Below are positions 11,374 to 20,466 of a stretch of DNA of 64,000 nucleotides, piece by piece. Made by a program: the position numbers and the translations under genes. Every line of letters starts with the position of its first letter. Within the stretch, counting starts at the first letter, position 1. The DNA is taken from NCBI RefSeq assembly GCF_029238095.1, contig NZ_JAQWGS010000021.1, forward strand, positions 6,068 to 70,067, read 5' to 3'. Under the pieces are notes generated by a model. The model did not search any database. It worked only from the letters and a program-made list of their open reading frames with translations, and was not told the origin of the DNA. The DNA comes from Lacinutrix sp. Its GTDB lineage: Bacteria; Bacteroidota; Bacteroidia; Flavobacteriales; Flavobacteriaceae.

Positions 11374-12207
11374 ATGGCTATTATCACATTAACAACAGAC
11401 TTTGGTGAGAAAGATTACTTTGCTGGTGCGATAAAAGGTGCTATTTACAGCGAAATGCCAGACGTTAAAATTGTTGATATCTCACATTCTGTTTCACCAT
11501 TTAATATTCCTGAAGCTGCTTACATTATTCAGAATGCATATAGTAGTTTTCCTGAAGGGACCATACATATTATTGGTATTGACTCTGAAATTAATGAAGA
11601 GAACAAACACATTGCAATAGCATTAAATGGTCATTATTTTGTATGTGCCAATAATGGAATTATGAGCATGATTTGTTCCGAAATTTCACCAAACCAAATT
11701 GTAGAAATTAATATTCACGATAAAATTGAAACGAGTTTTCCTGTTTTAGATGTTTTTGTAAAAGTAGCTTGCCATATTGCTCGTGGTGGAACTTTAGCCG
11801 TAATAGGTAAAAGCATTGATAAAATTAAGCCAATTAAAAATTTAGAACCTTATGTAAACGAAGAGAAAACTCAAATTATTGGAAGTATAATTTATGTCGA
11901 TAATTATGATAATGTTATTACCAATATAAAGAAATCTTTTTTCGAAACCATACAAAAAGGGCGAACGTTTGAAGTTTTTGCTAGAAACCATAAATTTAAA
12001 AAAATACATGCTAAATATAGCGACATCGTAAACTTTAGTACTCCAGAAGAAAATAGAAACGACGAAGGCCGAGGTTTAGTTGTTTTTAACTCGTCAAACT
12101 ATTTAGAAATAGCTATTTATAAAGGCAATACTGGTAGTGTTGGTGGAGCAAGTTCTTTAATGGGCTTAAAATTACGAGATACTGTGACCATAAATTTTGT
12201 AAAGTAA
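11374..12207 (+). CDS. SAM hydroxide adenosyltransferase / SAM-dependent halogenase family (DUF62)
   Basis: IITLTTDFG, VDISH, FPEGTIH motifs. Confidence 0.9.
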   Translation: MAIITLTTDFGEKDYFAGAIKGAIYSEMPDVKIVDISHSVSPFNIPEAAYIIQNAYSSFPEGTIHIIGIDSEINEENKHIAIALNGHYFVCANNGIMSMICSEISPNQIVEINIHDKIETSFPVLDVFVKVACHIARGGTLAVIGKSIDKIKPIKNLEPYVNEEKTQIIGSIIYVDNYDNVITNIKKSFFETIQKGRTFEVFARNHKFKKIHAKYSDIVNFSTPEENRNDEGRGLVVFNSSNYLEIAIYKGNTGSVGGASSLMGLKLRDTVTINFVK

Positions 12208-12257
12208 AATTGAAATAATAATAAAATGTCTCACAGACATAAAGAAAAACAATATAC

Positions 12258-12550
12258 ATGTTTGTTAGAATTGTAAAAATGAGTTTTGCTGAAGAAAACA
12301 TTATACCTTTTCTCGATAATTTTGAAACTGTAAAACAAAAAATTAGAAATTTTGAAGGCTGCCAATTTCTTGAATTATATCGCGATAAACATAATACTAA
12401 TATCTTTTTTACGTACAGTTATTGGAATACTGAAGATGATTTAAATAATTACAGAGATTCTGATCTATTCCAAAGTGTTTGGACTAAAACAAAACAAATG
12501 TTTAATGCAAAGCCTGAGCTTGGAGTGTAGATAAAGTTGTTTCTTTATAA
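12258..12550 (+). CDS. ABM-family (putative quinol monooxygenase) protein, apparent 1-nt frameshift near the 3' end
   Basis: MFVRIVKMSF...GCQFLELYRD...FFTYSYW; as read it stops at 12530, but AWSVDKVVSL* continues in another frame to 12550. Confidence 0.8.
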
Positions 12551-12605
12551 AACACTTGTTACGAAAATTATACAAAGCATTAAAAAAATCTAGAAATAAT
12601 TAACT

Positions 12606-13400
12606 ATGAGTTTTTCTAATAAAGTTATATGGATTACTGGTGCATCCACTGGAATAGGTAAGCATTTAGCTATTGAATTAAATAGGCAAGGTGCTAAAGT
12701 TATTATTTCATCTAGAAAAATTGAAGCTTTAAAAGCAGTGAAGCTGCTTTGTGAAAATCCAGAAAATGTAGAATTGATAGTTTTAGACATCGAAGACTAC
12801 ACTAACTTAAAATCAAAAGTTGATACCGCTATTTCTCTTTTTGGTTCTATTGATATTTTAGTTAACAATGCAGGTATTAGCCAACGTGCTTTAGCTAGTG
12901 AAACAGATATTACTGTAGATAAACGCTTAATGGATATTAATTATACAGGAACCATAGCACTAACAAAACTAATGTTACCACATTTTATTAAAAATCAATC
13001 TGGTCAAATAGTAGTAACTACAAGTATTGTGGGTAAAATTGGCACACCTTTAAGGTCAAGTTATGCAGCTAGCAAACATGCTTTACATGGTTTTTTTGAT
13101 AGTTTGAGAGCTGAACTCTGCAATGATAACATATATATAACCCTTGTTTGTCCTGGTTTTGTTAATACAAATGTATCAATCAATGCGTTAACTGGTAACG
13201 GAACTGCACTACAAAAAATGGATACAGCTACAAAAAACGGTATTGCACCAGACTATTTTGCAATTTTAATGGCTAAAGCAATATTAAAAAAGAGACAAGA
13301 AGTTTATATTGCTGGTTTTAAAGAAAAGCTAGGCGTATATACAAAACGGTTTTTCCCTAAAGTTTTATCAAAAATGATTACTAAATTAAGCGTCACATAA
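12606..13400 (+). CDS. Short-chain dehydrogenase/reductase (DHRS7-like)
   Basis: TGASTGIG, NNAG, YAASK. Confidence 0.93.
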   Translation: MSFSNKVIWITGASTGIGKHLAIELNRQGAKVIISSRKIEALKAVKLLCENPENVELIVLDIEDYTNLKSKVDTAISLFGSIDILVNNAGISQRALASETDITVDKRLMDINYTGTIALTKLMLPHFIKNQSGQIVVTTSIVGKIGTPLRSSYAASKHALHGFFDSLRAELCNDNIYITLVCPGFVNTNVSINALTGNGTALQKMDTATKNGIAPDYFAILMAKAILKKRQEVYIAGFKEKLGVYTKRFFPKVLSKMITKLSVT

Positions 13401-13413
13401 TACTATATATTTA

Positions 13414-15807
13414 ATGTTAGCTATCCTGAAAAAAGAAATAAACTCGTTCTTCGCTTCACCAATAGGTTATTTGGTGATAGCTATATTCCTTTTACTTAAC
13501 AGCTTATTTTTGTGGCTTTTTAAAGGCGAATTTAATGTTTTAGATTATGGTTTTGCAGACCTTTCGTCTTTCTTCTTACTATCGCCTTGGATTCTTATTT
13601 TTCTTATTCCAGCTGTAACTATGCGTAGTTTTAGCGACGAAAAAAAGCAAGGTACATTAGAGTTATTATTAACCAAACCCATTTCGCATTTACAAATAGT
13701 TTTGGGTAAATATTTTGGTGCTTTTTTATTAATAATTTTAGCGCTAATTCCTACTCTACTTTATGTTTACACAATAAGTGAATTAGGTAATCCTATTGGT
13801 AATCTTGATGTTGGAAGCACATTAGGATCTTACATAGGATTGTTGTTTTTAACAGCAGCCTACACAACTATTGGCATCTTCGCTTCTACTTTAAGCGACA
13901 ACCAAATTGTAGCCTTTATTATTGCGGTATTTTTATGTTTTCTCTTAAATATTGGATTTGAGGGATTAGCAGATGTTTTGGGTAGTTTTCTAGAAAACTT
14001 TGGGATGGCTTCTCACTATAAAAGCATGAGTCGTGGCGTTTTAGATACGCGAGACATTATTTACTTTTTAAGTATTACTGCTTTGTTTCTTTTTTTAACC
14101 GTTAAACGTGTAAATACAGAAGGTTCTAAACAAGTAAAATGGCTTAATATTGCGCTTTTTCCTATTGGTTTAATTCTACTAAATAGCATAAGCTCGTCGT
14201 TTTATCAACGTTTTGATTTAACTTCAGATAGTCGCTACACATTAAACAAAGCCGCTTTAAGTATTGTTAAAAATGTAGATTCTGCGATTATTATTGACGT
14301 GTTCTTAGAAGGTGACGATTTTCCTTCAGAATACAGAAGACTTCAAACTGAAACCAAACAGTTATTAGAAGAATTTGAGGCTTACAACAGTAACATAACA
14401 TTCAATTTTATAGATCCTTTTGAAGACCAAGCAAACCAAGATCTTAGAATTGCGCAATTTACAGAACGTGGTTTAACACCAATGCAATTAAGTGTTCAAG
14501 ACAATGGGAAACAATCGCAACGCATAATTATACCGTGGGCTTTGGCTAGTTACAACAACCAAACAGTAGATATTCCTTTAGTTAAATACAAAGTAAATGC
14601 AAACCAGCAAGAAACAGTAACCAATTCTGTACAAAACCTAGAATATGCTTTTGCAGACGGTTTAAGTAGACTAATTAATCCTAAACGTAGAAAGATTGCT
14701 ATTTTAAAAGGTAATAATGAATTGCCAGACCTTAAAATTGCCGACTTATTAAAAACGTTACAGCAATACTATTACATTGCTCCTTTTACGCTAGATAGTG
14801 TAGCTACAAATCCTAAAAAAACATCAAAATTATTAAATACTTACGATTTAGTAATCGCTGCAAAACCTACAGAAGCATTTTCTGAAGAAGAGAAATACAT
14901 ATTAGATCAATACACCATGAATGGAGGAAAAAGCTTGTGGTTACTAGATAAAATTATTATGGAAAAGGATAGTTTATTCAATCCTGAAGGCAAGAATATT
15001 GCAGTAACGAGAGATTTAAATTTAACCGATTTCTTTTTTAAATATGGTGTACGTGTAAATCCTGTATTAACCAGTGTTAAAAGTCAAAATATTGGCAGAA
15101 TTACATTAGAAACTGGACAAGATGAAAGTTTAAAACTACAACATTTTTTATGGCCATATGCTCCTCTTGCCTTGAGCGATATTAATCATCCTATTACAAA
15201 TAATTTAAACTTTGTAAAGTTTGATTTTGCCAACCAAATAGACACACTAAAAAACGATATTAAAAAAACGATACTACTTAAAAGTGATAGACCAAGCCGC
15301 TTAGAGGGAACTCCAAAAGAAATTAGCTTAGAATTTGCTTTAAAAGAACCGGATTCAAAACTTTTTACCAAAGACAGACAAAACTTGGCTGTGCTGTTAG
15401 AAGGTGAATTTACTTCGGTTTATAACAATCGTATAAAACCACTTGAGCTTGAAAATGATATCACAAAAAGTACAGCCACAAAAATGATTGTAATTGCAGA
15501 TGGAGATGTAATTAAAAACGATTTAGATAAAGGCAGACCAACAACTTTAGGGTTCGATAAATGGACCAAAGAAACCTACGGAAACAAAGAATTTTTACTA
15601 AACTCCGTTAACTATCTTTTAGACGATGATGGACTTATAAACATTCGAAGCAAGGAAATTAAAGTAGCCTTTTTAGATTACGCTAAAGTTGGAAAAGAAA
15701 AAACAAAGTGGCAGATTATAAATATCATCTTACCCTTATTGTTTTTAGGCTTGTTTGGGTTTATTTTTAATTTTTTAAGAAAAAGAAAATACGCTAAAAA
15801 AGCTTAA
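13414..15807 (+). CDS. gldFG: Fused gliding-motility ABC transporter permease GldF + auxiliary component GldG
   Basis: N-terminal ~235 aa GldF (KKEINSFFASPIGY, EKKQGTLELLLTKP, SRGVLDTRD) in frame with GldG (RFDLTSDSRYTL, DQYTMNGGK, GNKEFLLNSVNYLLDD). Confidence 0.92.
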   Translation: MLAILKKEINSFFASPIGYLVIAIFLLLNSLFLWLFKGEFNVLDYGFADLSSFFLLSPWILIFLIPAVTMRSFSDEKKQGTLELLLTKPISHLQIVLGKYFGAFLLIILALIPTLLYVYTISELGNPIGNLDVGSTLGSYIGLLFLTAAYTTIGIFASTLSDNQIVAFIIAVFLCFLLNIGFEGLADVLGSFLENFGMASHYKSMSRGVLDTRDIIYFLSITALFLFLTVKRVNTEGSKQVKWLNIALFPIGLILLNSISSSFYQRFDLTSDSRYTLNKAALSIVKNVDSAIIIDVFLEGDDFPSEYRRLQTETKQLLEEFEAYNSNITFNFIDPFEDQANQDLRIAQFTERGLTPMQLSVQDNGKQSQRIIIPWALASYNNQTVDIPLVKYKVNANQQETVTNSVQNLEYAFADGLSRLINPKRRKIAILKGNNELPDLKIADLLKTLQQYYYIAPFTLDSVATNPKKTSKLLNTYDLVIAAKPTEAFSEEEKYILDQYTMNGGKSLWLLDKIIMEKDSLFNPEGKNIAVTRDLNLTDFFFKYGVRVNPVLTSVKSQNIGRITLETGQDESLKLQHFLWPYAPLALSDINHPITNNLNFVKFDFANQIDTLKNDIKKTILLKSDRPSRLEGTPKEISLEFALKEPDSKLFTKDRQNLAVLLEGEFTSVYNNRIKPLELENDITKSTATKMIVIADGDVIKNDLDKGRPTTLGFDKWTKETYGNKEFLLNSVNYLLDDDGLINIRSKEIKVAFLDYAKVGKEKTKWQIINIILPLLFLGLFGFIFNFLRKRKYAKKA

Positions 15808-15884
15808 AAAAAAGCTTCAAAAACTTATCGATTAATTAGAATAAACTGTTAATAAGTTTGTTTCAGTTTTAGGCTGTTAAACAA

Positions 15885-15892
15885 TATATTTG
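15885..15892 (+). promoter_or_regulatory. Bacteroidota sigma-A -7 element upstream of dnaN
   Basis: TATATTTG matches TAnnTTTG in the intergenic region ~130 nt upstream of dnaN. Confidence 0.55.
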
Positions 15893-16020
15893 TAGTAATT
15901 AATTATTCAGAATTTAATAGAATAATAATAAATGAACCATTTATAATTTAAGATTATTCTTTACAATAATCTTTAAAAGGAATGCACCATTTTTCATTAA
16001 AATAAAATATAAAAGACAAC

Positions 16021-17139
16021 ATGAAGTTTATAGTTTCAAGTACGTATTTACTTAAGCAGTTACAAGTTTTAGGAGGTGTAATTAACAGTTCTAATACTTT
16101 ACCTATTTTAGATAATTTTCTTTTCGACATCAATAAAAATGCATTAACTGTTTCGGCTAGCGATTTAGAAACAACAATGTCCTCTACATTAGATATAGAA
16201 AGCGATAGTAAAGGAAGTGTTGCTATTCCTGCACGTTTATTATTAGACACTTTAAAAACGTTTCCAGAACAACCTTTAACGTTTACAGTAGAAGAAAATA
16301 ACACCATAGAGATTAGTTCTAACCATGGTAAATATGCTTTAGCTTATGCAGATGGTGCAGAGTTTCCGAAAGCTGTAGCGCTTGAAGATCCTTCTAGCAC
16401 TACTATTTCTGGAGATATTTTAGCAACTGCAATTAGTAAAACAATTTTTGCTGCTGGAAACGATGATTTAAGACCTGTAATGAGTGGTGTATTCTTTCAG
16501 TTTTCTACAGATAACCTAACGTTTGTAGCAACAGATGCTCACAAATTAGTAAAATACACACGAAAAGACGTCTCTGCTTCTCAAGTTGCAGAATTTATTA
16601 TGCCTAAAAAACCTTTAACATTACTAAAAGGTATTTTAGCTGCAAGCGATGAGAATGTAACAATAGAATATAACGATTCTAACGCAAAATTCACTTTCGA
16701 AAACACAATTTTAGTTTGCCGTTTAATTGATGGAAAATATCCTAATTACGAAGCTGTAATTCCAAAGGAAAATCCCAACAAATTAAATATCGACAGAACT
16801 CAGTTTTTAAATTCTGTAAAACGTGTAAGTATATTTTCAAACAAAACAACACACCAAATACGTTTAAAAATTGCTGGAGCAGAGCTTAATATTTCTGCAG
16901 AAGATATCGATTATTCTAATAAAGCAGAAGAACGTTTAACTTGTGATTATCAAGGTGACGACATGCAAATAGGCTTTAACTCTCGTTTTTTAACAGAAAT
17001 GTTAAATAACCTTAATGCTTCTGAAGTACAACTAGAAATGAGTATGCCAAACAGAGCTGGAATTCTAACTCCAGTAGATGGTCTAGACGAAGGCGAACAT
17101 GTTACCATGTTGGTTATGCCTGTGATGTTAAATAGTTAA
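16021..17139 (+). CDS. dnaN: DNA polymerase III beta sliding clamp
   Basis: LPILDNFL, SASDLE, LRPVMSGV, VATDAHKL, RLIDGKYPNY, LVMPV. Confidence 0.98.
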   Translation: MKFIVSSTYLLKQLQVLGGVINSSNTLPILDNFLFDINKNALTVSASDLETTMSSTLDIESDSKGSVAIPARLLLDTLKTFPEQPLTFTVEENNTIEISSNHGKYALAYADGAEFPKAVALEDPSSTTISGDILATAISKTIFAAGNDDLRPVMSGVFFQFSTDNLTFVATDAHKLVKYTRKDVSASQVAEFIMPKKPLTLLKGILAASDENVTIEYNDSNAKFTFENTILVCRLIDGKYPNYEAVIPKENPNKLNIDRTQFLNSVKRVSIFSNKTTHQIRLKIAGAELNISAEDIDYSNKAEERLTCDYQGDDMQIGFNSRFLTEMLNNLNASEVQLEMSMPNRAGILTPVDGLDEGEHVTMLVMPVMLNS

Positions 17140-17187
17140 CTAATTCCTGCGATGACAGGAATCTTATAATAAAGAATTTAAATAATA

Positions 17188-17215
17188 AAAACGCAACCAT
17201 TACTGGTTGCGTTTT
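17188..17215. terminator. Bidirectional intrinsic terminator after dnaN
   Basis: AAAACGCAACCA-TTAC-TGGTTGCGTTTT. Confidence 0.88.
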
Positions 17216-17289
17216 ACTTTATCTTAAATAAATTTCAACTAACTAATAAAATTCTAAGATAAAAATTGCCTTCACTAATATTTTACTAA

Positions 17290-17628
17290 CTAGTTAATAA
17301 AATTATAACTAAAAGGATAGGTAGGATTTTCTCCATTATTAGCTTTTATCGCATTAATAATAGGATATATTACAGAGATTAATCCTAAAACTAACCAACC
17401 TAATAATCCTAATCCAAATAATAAGATTAACGGTACACATACGATGTATAAAACAACTAAACTTAATTGAAAGTTAACTATAGTCTTACCATGCGCATCC
17501 ATCTGGTATACTTTGTCTTTTTGTGTTAACCATAAAATTAAAGGAAGAATTAAACTTCCAAACCCTATAATTAAAGTCACTAATTGACTTAAATGTGTTA
17601 ATACTAATAATTGTCTATCTTCTTTCAT
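17290..17628 (-). CDS. DUF4870-family membrane protein
   Basis: LTHLSQ, PLILW, HGKTIVNFQLS, IKANNGE..YP pattern with 3 TM helices. Confidence 0.85.
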   Translation of the reverse strand: MKEDRQLLVLTHLSQLVTLIIGFGSLILPLILWLTQKDKVYQMDAHGKTIVNFQLSLVVLYIVCVPLILLFGLGLLGWLVLGLISVIYPIINAIKANNGENPTYPFSYNFIN

Positions 17629-17730
17629 TTTTACTTTGATTTAGGTTGATGATTGATAAAAACCATACTAATAGGCTTCTACAAATAAGACGCAAATCAA
17701 AATGTTACAACAATAAACGTTAAAACCTTG

Positions 17731-18147
17731 TTAATGAGGTAATTTACTTTTTAAAACACCGTATACAAAGGTGCCAAGAAGTGCACCAAACAGTAAAACA
17801 AATATGCTTACAAAACCAGAACCTAATAGCGCATACATTGGTCCTGGACAAGCTCCTGCTAAAGCCCAACCTAAGCCAAATATAGTACCACCAATAAGGT
17901 AATTAGTAATTCCTTTTTCTTTAGGTTTTATTGTTATTGACGATCCGTCAAATGTTTTTAACTCTTTACGTTTTACTAATTGTACTAATGCAAAACCTAC
18001 TAAAACAGCAGAACCAATAACACCATACATATGAAAGCTTTTAAATTGAAACATTTCGTAAATCCTAAACCAAGATGCAACTTCTGATACTATTAGCAGA
18101 ATTCCAAATAGAAATCCAACTATAAAAAATGCGATGTATTTTTTCAT
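17731..18147 (-). CDS. YeeE/YedE-family sulfur-compound transporter, small subunit
   Basis: GGTIFGLGWALAGACPGP signature. Confidence 0.9.
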   Translation of the reverse strand: MKKYIAFFIVGFLFGILLIVSEVASWFRIYEMFQFKSFHMYGVIGSAVLVGFALVQLVKRKELKTFDGSSITIKPKEKGITNYLIGGTIFGLGWALAGACPGPMYALLGSGFVSIFVLLFGALLGTFVYGVLKSKLPH

Positions 18148-18148
18148 A

Positions 18149-18694
18149 TTAAAAAATTAAAGGAAATATTAAATGAACCATTATTAAACCACCTACAAAA
18201 AAACCAATCACTGCAAATAAAGAAGGTCTTTGTAAATTACTAAGTCCCATAATGGCATGACCTGAAGTACAGCCTCCAGCATATCTGGCACCAAAACCAA
18301 CTAAAAAACCAGCTATTAGTATTAAAGCAAATCCTTTGAGGGTTAATATTTGATCTAAACTAAATAACTCGGTTGGTAAATATGAAGAATTCACACTATC
18401 AAAACCATAAGCTTTTAACTGATTTACAACATCTTCATTAATTTGTGGTGATTCTACCTTTAGAACTTGAAAAGCAAATATTCCGCCAAAAACAACTCCT
18501 ATTAAGACTACCAAACTCCACATATTTTCTCGCCAATTGGTTTTAAAAAATGTTGAAAAACGTCCAGCTCCAGACATTGTGCAAATGGTACGAAGATTAG
18601 AAGACATTCCAAATGTTTTACCTAAACGTAAAAGTAAAAACATGATAACTGCTATTAATGGTCCAGCAATAAACCAAGGTAAGGGATTAAGCAT
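18149..18694 (-). CDS. YeeE/YedE-family sulfur-compound transporter (start refined to ATG 18694)
   Basis: PWFIAGPLI, FGMSSNLRTIC, GFGARYAGGCTSGHAI signature. Confidence 0.9.
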   Translation of the reverse strand: MLNPLPWFIAGPLIAVIMFLLLRLGKTFGMSSNLRTICTMSGAGRFSTFFKTNWRENMWSLVVLIGVVFGGIFAFQVLKVESPQINEDVVNQLKAYGFDSVNSSYLPTELFSLDQILTLKGFALILIAGFLVGFGARYAGGCTSGHAIMGLSNLQRPSLFAVIGFFVGGLIMVHLIFPLIF

Positions 18695-18737
18695 AATAAT
18701 TTTTTTACAAAGAAATGGTTTTTTGTCAAAAAACAAA

Positions 18738-18751
18738 GTAACTAAAGTTAC
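18738..18751. promoter_or_regulatory. GTAAC-N4-GTTAC operator 1 (yeeE pair)
   Basis: GTAACTAAAGTTAC; 22 nt from -7-like element at 18708-18715 (TTTCTTTG on - strand). Confidence 0.85.
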
Positions 18752-18806
18752 ATAATAGCAAACATTGGGTTAAGTGACTAACTTTTAACTACTTATTGGA
18801 TTTGTT

Positions 18807-18929
18807 TTAATCGCTGTTAGCCATAAAATTTATTAGAATAGCAACTAGTGTTACGCACACTAATCCAAAAATAGCAATCATTATTACTCCGTTACTCCAG
18901 CTATATAATGCAATGTTTTGAGATATCAT
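18807..18929 (-). CDS. Small single-TM membrane protein, 40 aa (not in ORF track)
   Basis: MISQNIALYSWSNGVIMIAIFGLVCVTLVAILINFMANSD*; AT-rich leader, own -7-like element and upstream palindrome. Confidence 0.7.
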   Translation of the reverse strand: MISQNIALYSWSNGVIMIAIFGLVCVTLVAILINFMANSD

Positions 18930-18992
18930 AATTTTAAAGTTTTAGTCATTAATTTATAGGTGTAAAATTACACTAGATTTTTGATGTTAAAT

Positions 18993-19006
18993 ATGACATT
19001 TATCAT
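18993..19006. promoter_or_regulatory. FNR-like palindrome upstream of the 40-aa ORF
   Basis: ATGAC-ATTT-ATCAT, 22 nt from TAATTTTA (- strand, 18963-18970). Confidence 0.6.
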
Positions 19007-19007
19007 C

Positions 19008-19033
19008 AAAAAAAGCATCTTAAAATAAGATGC
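19008..19033 (-). terminator. Intrinsic terminator downstream of sqr
   Basis: GCATCTTA-3nt-TAAGATGC stem followed by a T-run on the - strand. Confidence 0.8.
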
Positions 19034-19059
19034 CTTGTTATTAATTGACTAAAAAAGTA

Positions 19060-20322
19060 TCACACTTCTTTACCTTTCATCATTTTATTCCAATACAAAT
19101 ATGGCAATCCATATTTTTTAAGCATCCATAAACGCCAATGCTCTTTTTCACTATTAAAAACAAGCATTTGTTTAAGTTTAGGATCTGGTATAAAGTTGTT
19201 ATCGTAATCAAATTCGGCTAAAATCATTTTACCATATCCAGTTACTAAAGGACAAGACGAGTAACCGTTATAGGATTTATTTCCTTTTTTGTTATGTGCT
19301 ATAAGTTGTAAAATATTGTCTATTACAACTGGTACTTGCTTACGTATAGCAGCTCCTGTTTTTGCAGTAGGTAATGCTGCAACATCACCTAAACCAAAAA
19401 TATTTGCATATTTATTGTGTTGCAATGTATGTTTATGGACGTCTAACCAACCCGCTTCATTAACCAAAGTGGAATTTTTTATAAAATCTGGAGCACGTTG
19501 TGGTGGTGCCAAATGTAACATATCAAAAGGCATCTCTATAATAGATTCGCCAGACATAATTTCTCTTAGCTCATTATCTTCATTAATAACACAATTATTT
19601 TCACCAGTACATACAACTTTAAATGTGACAACTTTGTTTTCCCCATCTATCTTAATTGGTGCATAAAATGGTTTAAAATGAATACCATATTTACTTATCA
19701 CCTGCATTAAACTTTCTCTAATTTCTTTTACACCAAAAATAACAGAACCTGGAGTCGCAAAAACAACATTCGACTTATTTTTAAGTCCATTTTTTTTTAT
19801 GTAATCTGCTGCTAAATAAGCTATTTTTTGAGGCGCTCCACCACATTTAATTGGTGTAGTTGGTTGTGTAAATAAAGCGTTACCACCTTTAAAGTTTTTA
19901 AGGACTTCCCAAGTATGTTTAGGGTCTGTATAATTACTACACACGACACCTTTATCAATAGACTCGGTTAAACCTTCAATTAAAGAGGTATCCATTATTA
20001 ATCCTGGAGAAACTACTAGATAATCATAAGTAATAGTTCCGTTTTCTTTAGTTGAAACCGAGTTATCTTCTGGTTTAAAACCTGTCGCAAAATCTTTTAT
20101 CCAATCCACACCTTTAGGCATCACTGAAGCCATACTACGTCTGGTTTTTTCAAAATCAAAAGTACCTCCTCCAACAAGTGTCCAAGCTGGCTGATAATAA
20201 TGCCAATCTGCTGGCTCAATTAATCCAATGTCTAACGATTTGTCTTTAGCTAATAGGTTGGCAGAAGTCATTATACCTCCAGTACCTCCTCCAATAACTA
20301 AAATTTGATAATGTGATTTCAT
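19060..20322 (-). CDS. sqr: Sulfide:quinone oxidoreductase (type II-like flavoprotein)
   Basis: GGGTGG Rossmann, HYYQPAWTLVGGG, IKCGGAPQK, AKTGAAIRKQ, YNGYSSCPLVTG (two catalytic Cys). Confidence 0.9.
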   Translation of the reverse strand: MKSHYQILVIGGGTGGIMTSANLLAKDKSLDIGLIEPADWHYYQPAWTLVGGGTFDFEKTRRSMASVMPKGVDWIKDFATGFKPEDNSVSTKENGTITYDYLVVSPGLIMDTSLIEGLTESIDKGVVCSNYTDPKHTWEVLKNFKGGNALFTQPTTPIKCGGAPQKIAYLAADYIKKNGLKNKSNVVFATPGSVIFGVKEIRESLMQVISKYGIHFKPFYAPIKIDGENKVVTFKVVCTGENNCVINEDNELREIMSGESIIEMPFDMLHLAPPQRAPDFIKNSTLVNEAGWLDVHKHTLQHNKYANIFGLGDVAALPTAKTGAAIRKQVPVVIDNILQLIAHNKKGNKSYNGYSSCPLVTGYGKMILAEFDYDNNFIPDPKLKQMLVFNSEKEHWRLWMLKKYGLPYLYWNKMMKGKEV

Positions 20323-20395
20323 GTTACTATTTTTATTAAGTTGAGTTAGTTAGTTTCAATCTTGATAAAAATAGCAGTCAACTTCTTAAAATATT

Positions 20396-20409
20396 GTAAC
20401 TAATGTTAC
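20396..20409. promoter_or_regulatory. GTAAC-N4-GTTAC operator 2 (sqr)
   Basis: tGTAACTAATGTTACa; 22 nt from TATTTTTA (- strand, 20366-20373). Confidence 0.88.
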
Positions 20410-20466
20410 ATAACGTGTTAAATTTTGAGTTTTTAACCTTTTAAAGGATTAATATTTAGCAATATC

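Noticed and set aside
15847-15855. TGTTAATAA as a DnaA-box/oriC signal upstream of dnaN
   Set aside because: Single degenerate box in very AT-rich DNA; no box cluster and no dnaA nearby
17689-17709. TGTAACA-N8-TGCGTC (- strand) upstream of the DUF4870 gene as a sixth sulfur operator or ECF promoter
   Set aside because: Only one GTAAC half-site; the ECF-like reading rests on a single instance with unverified spacing
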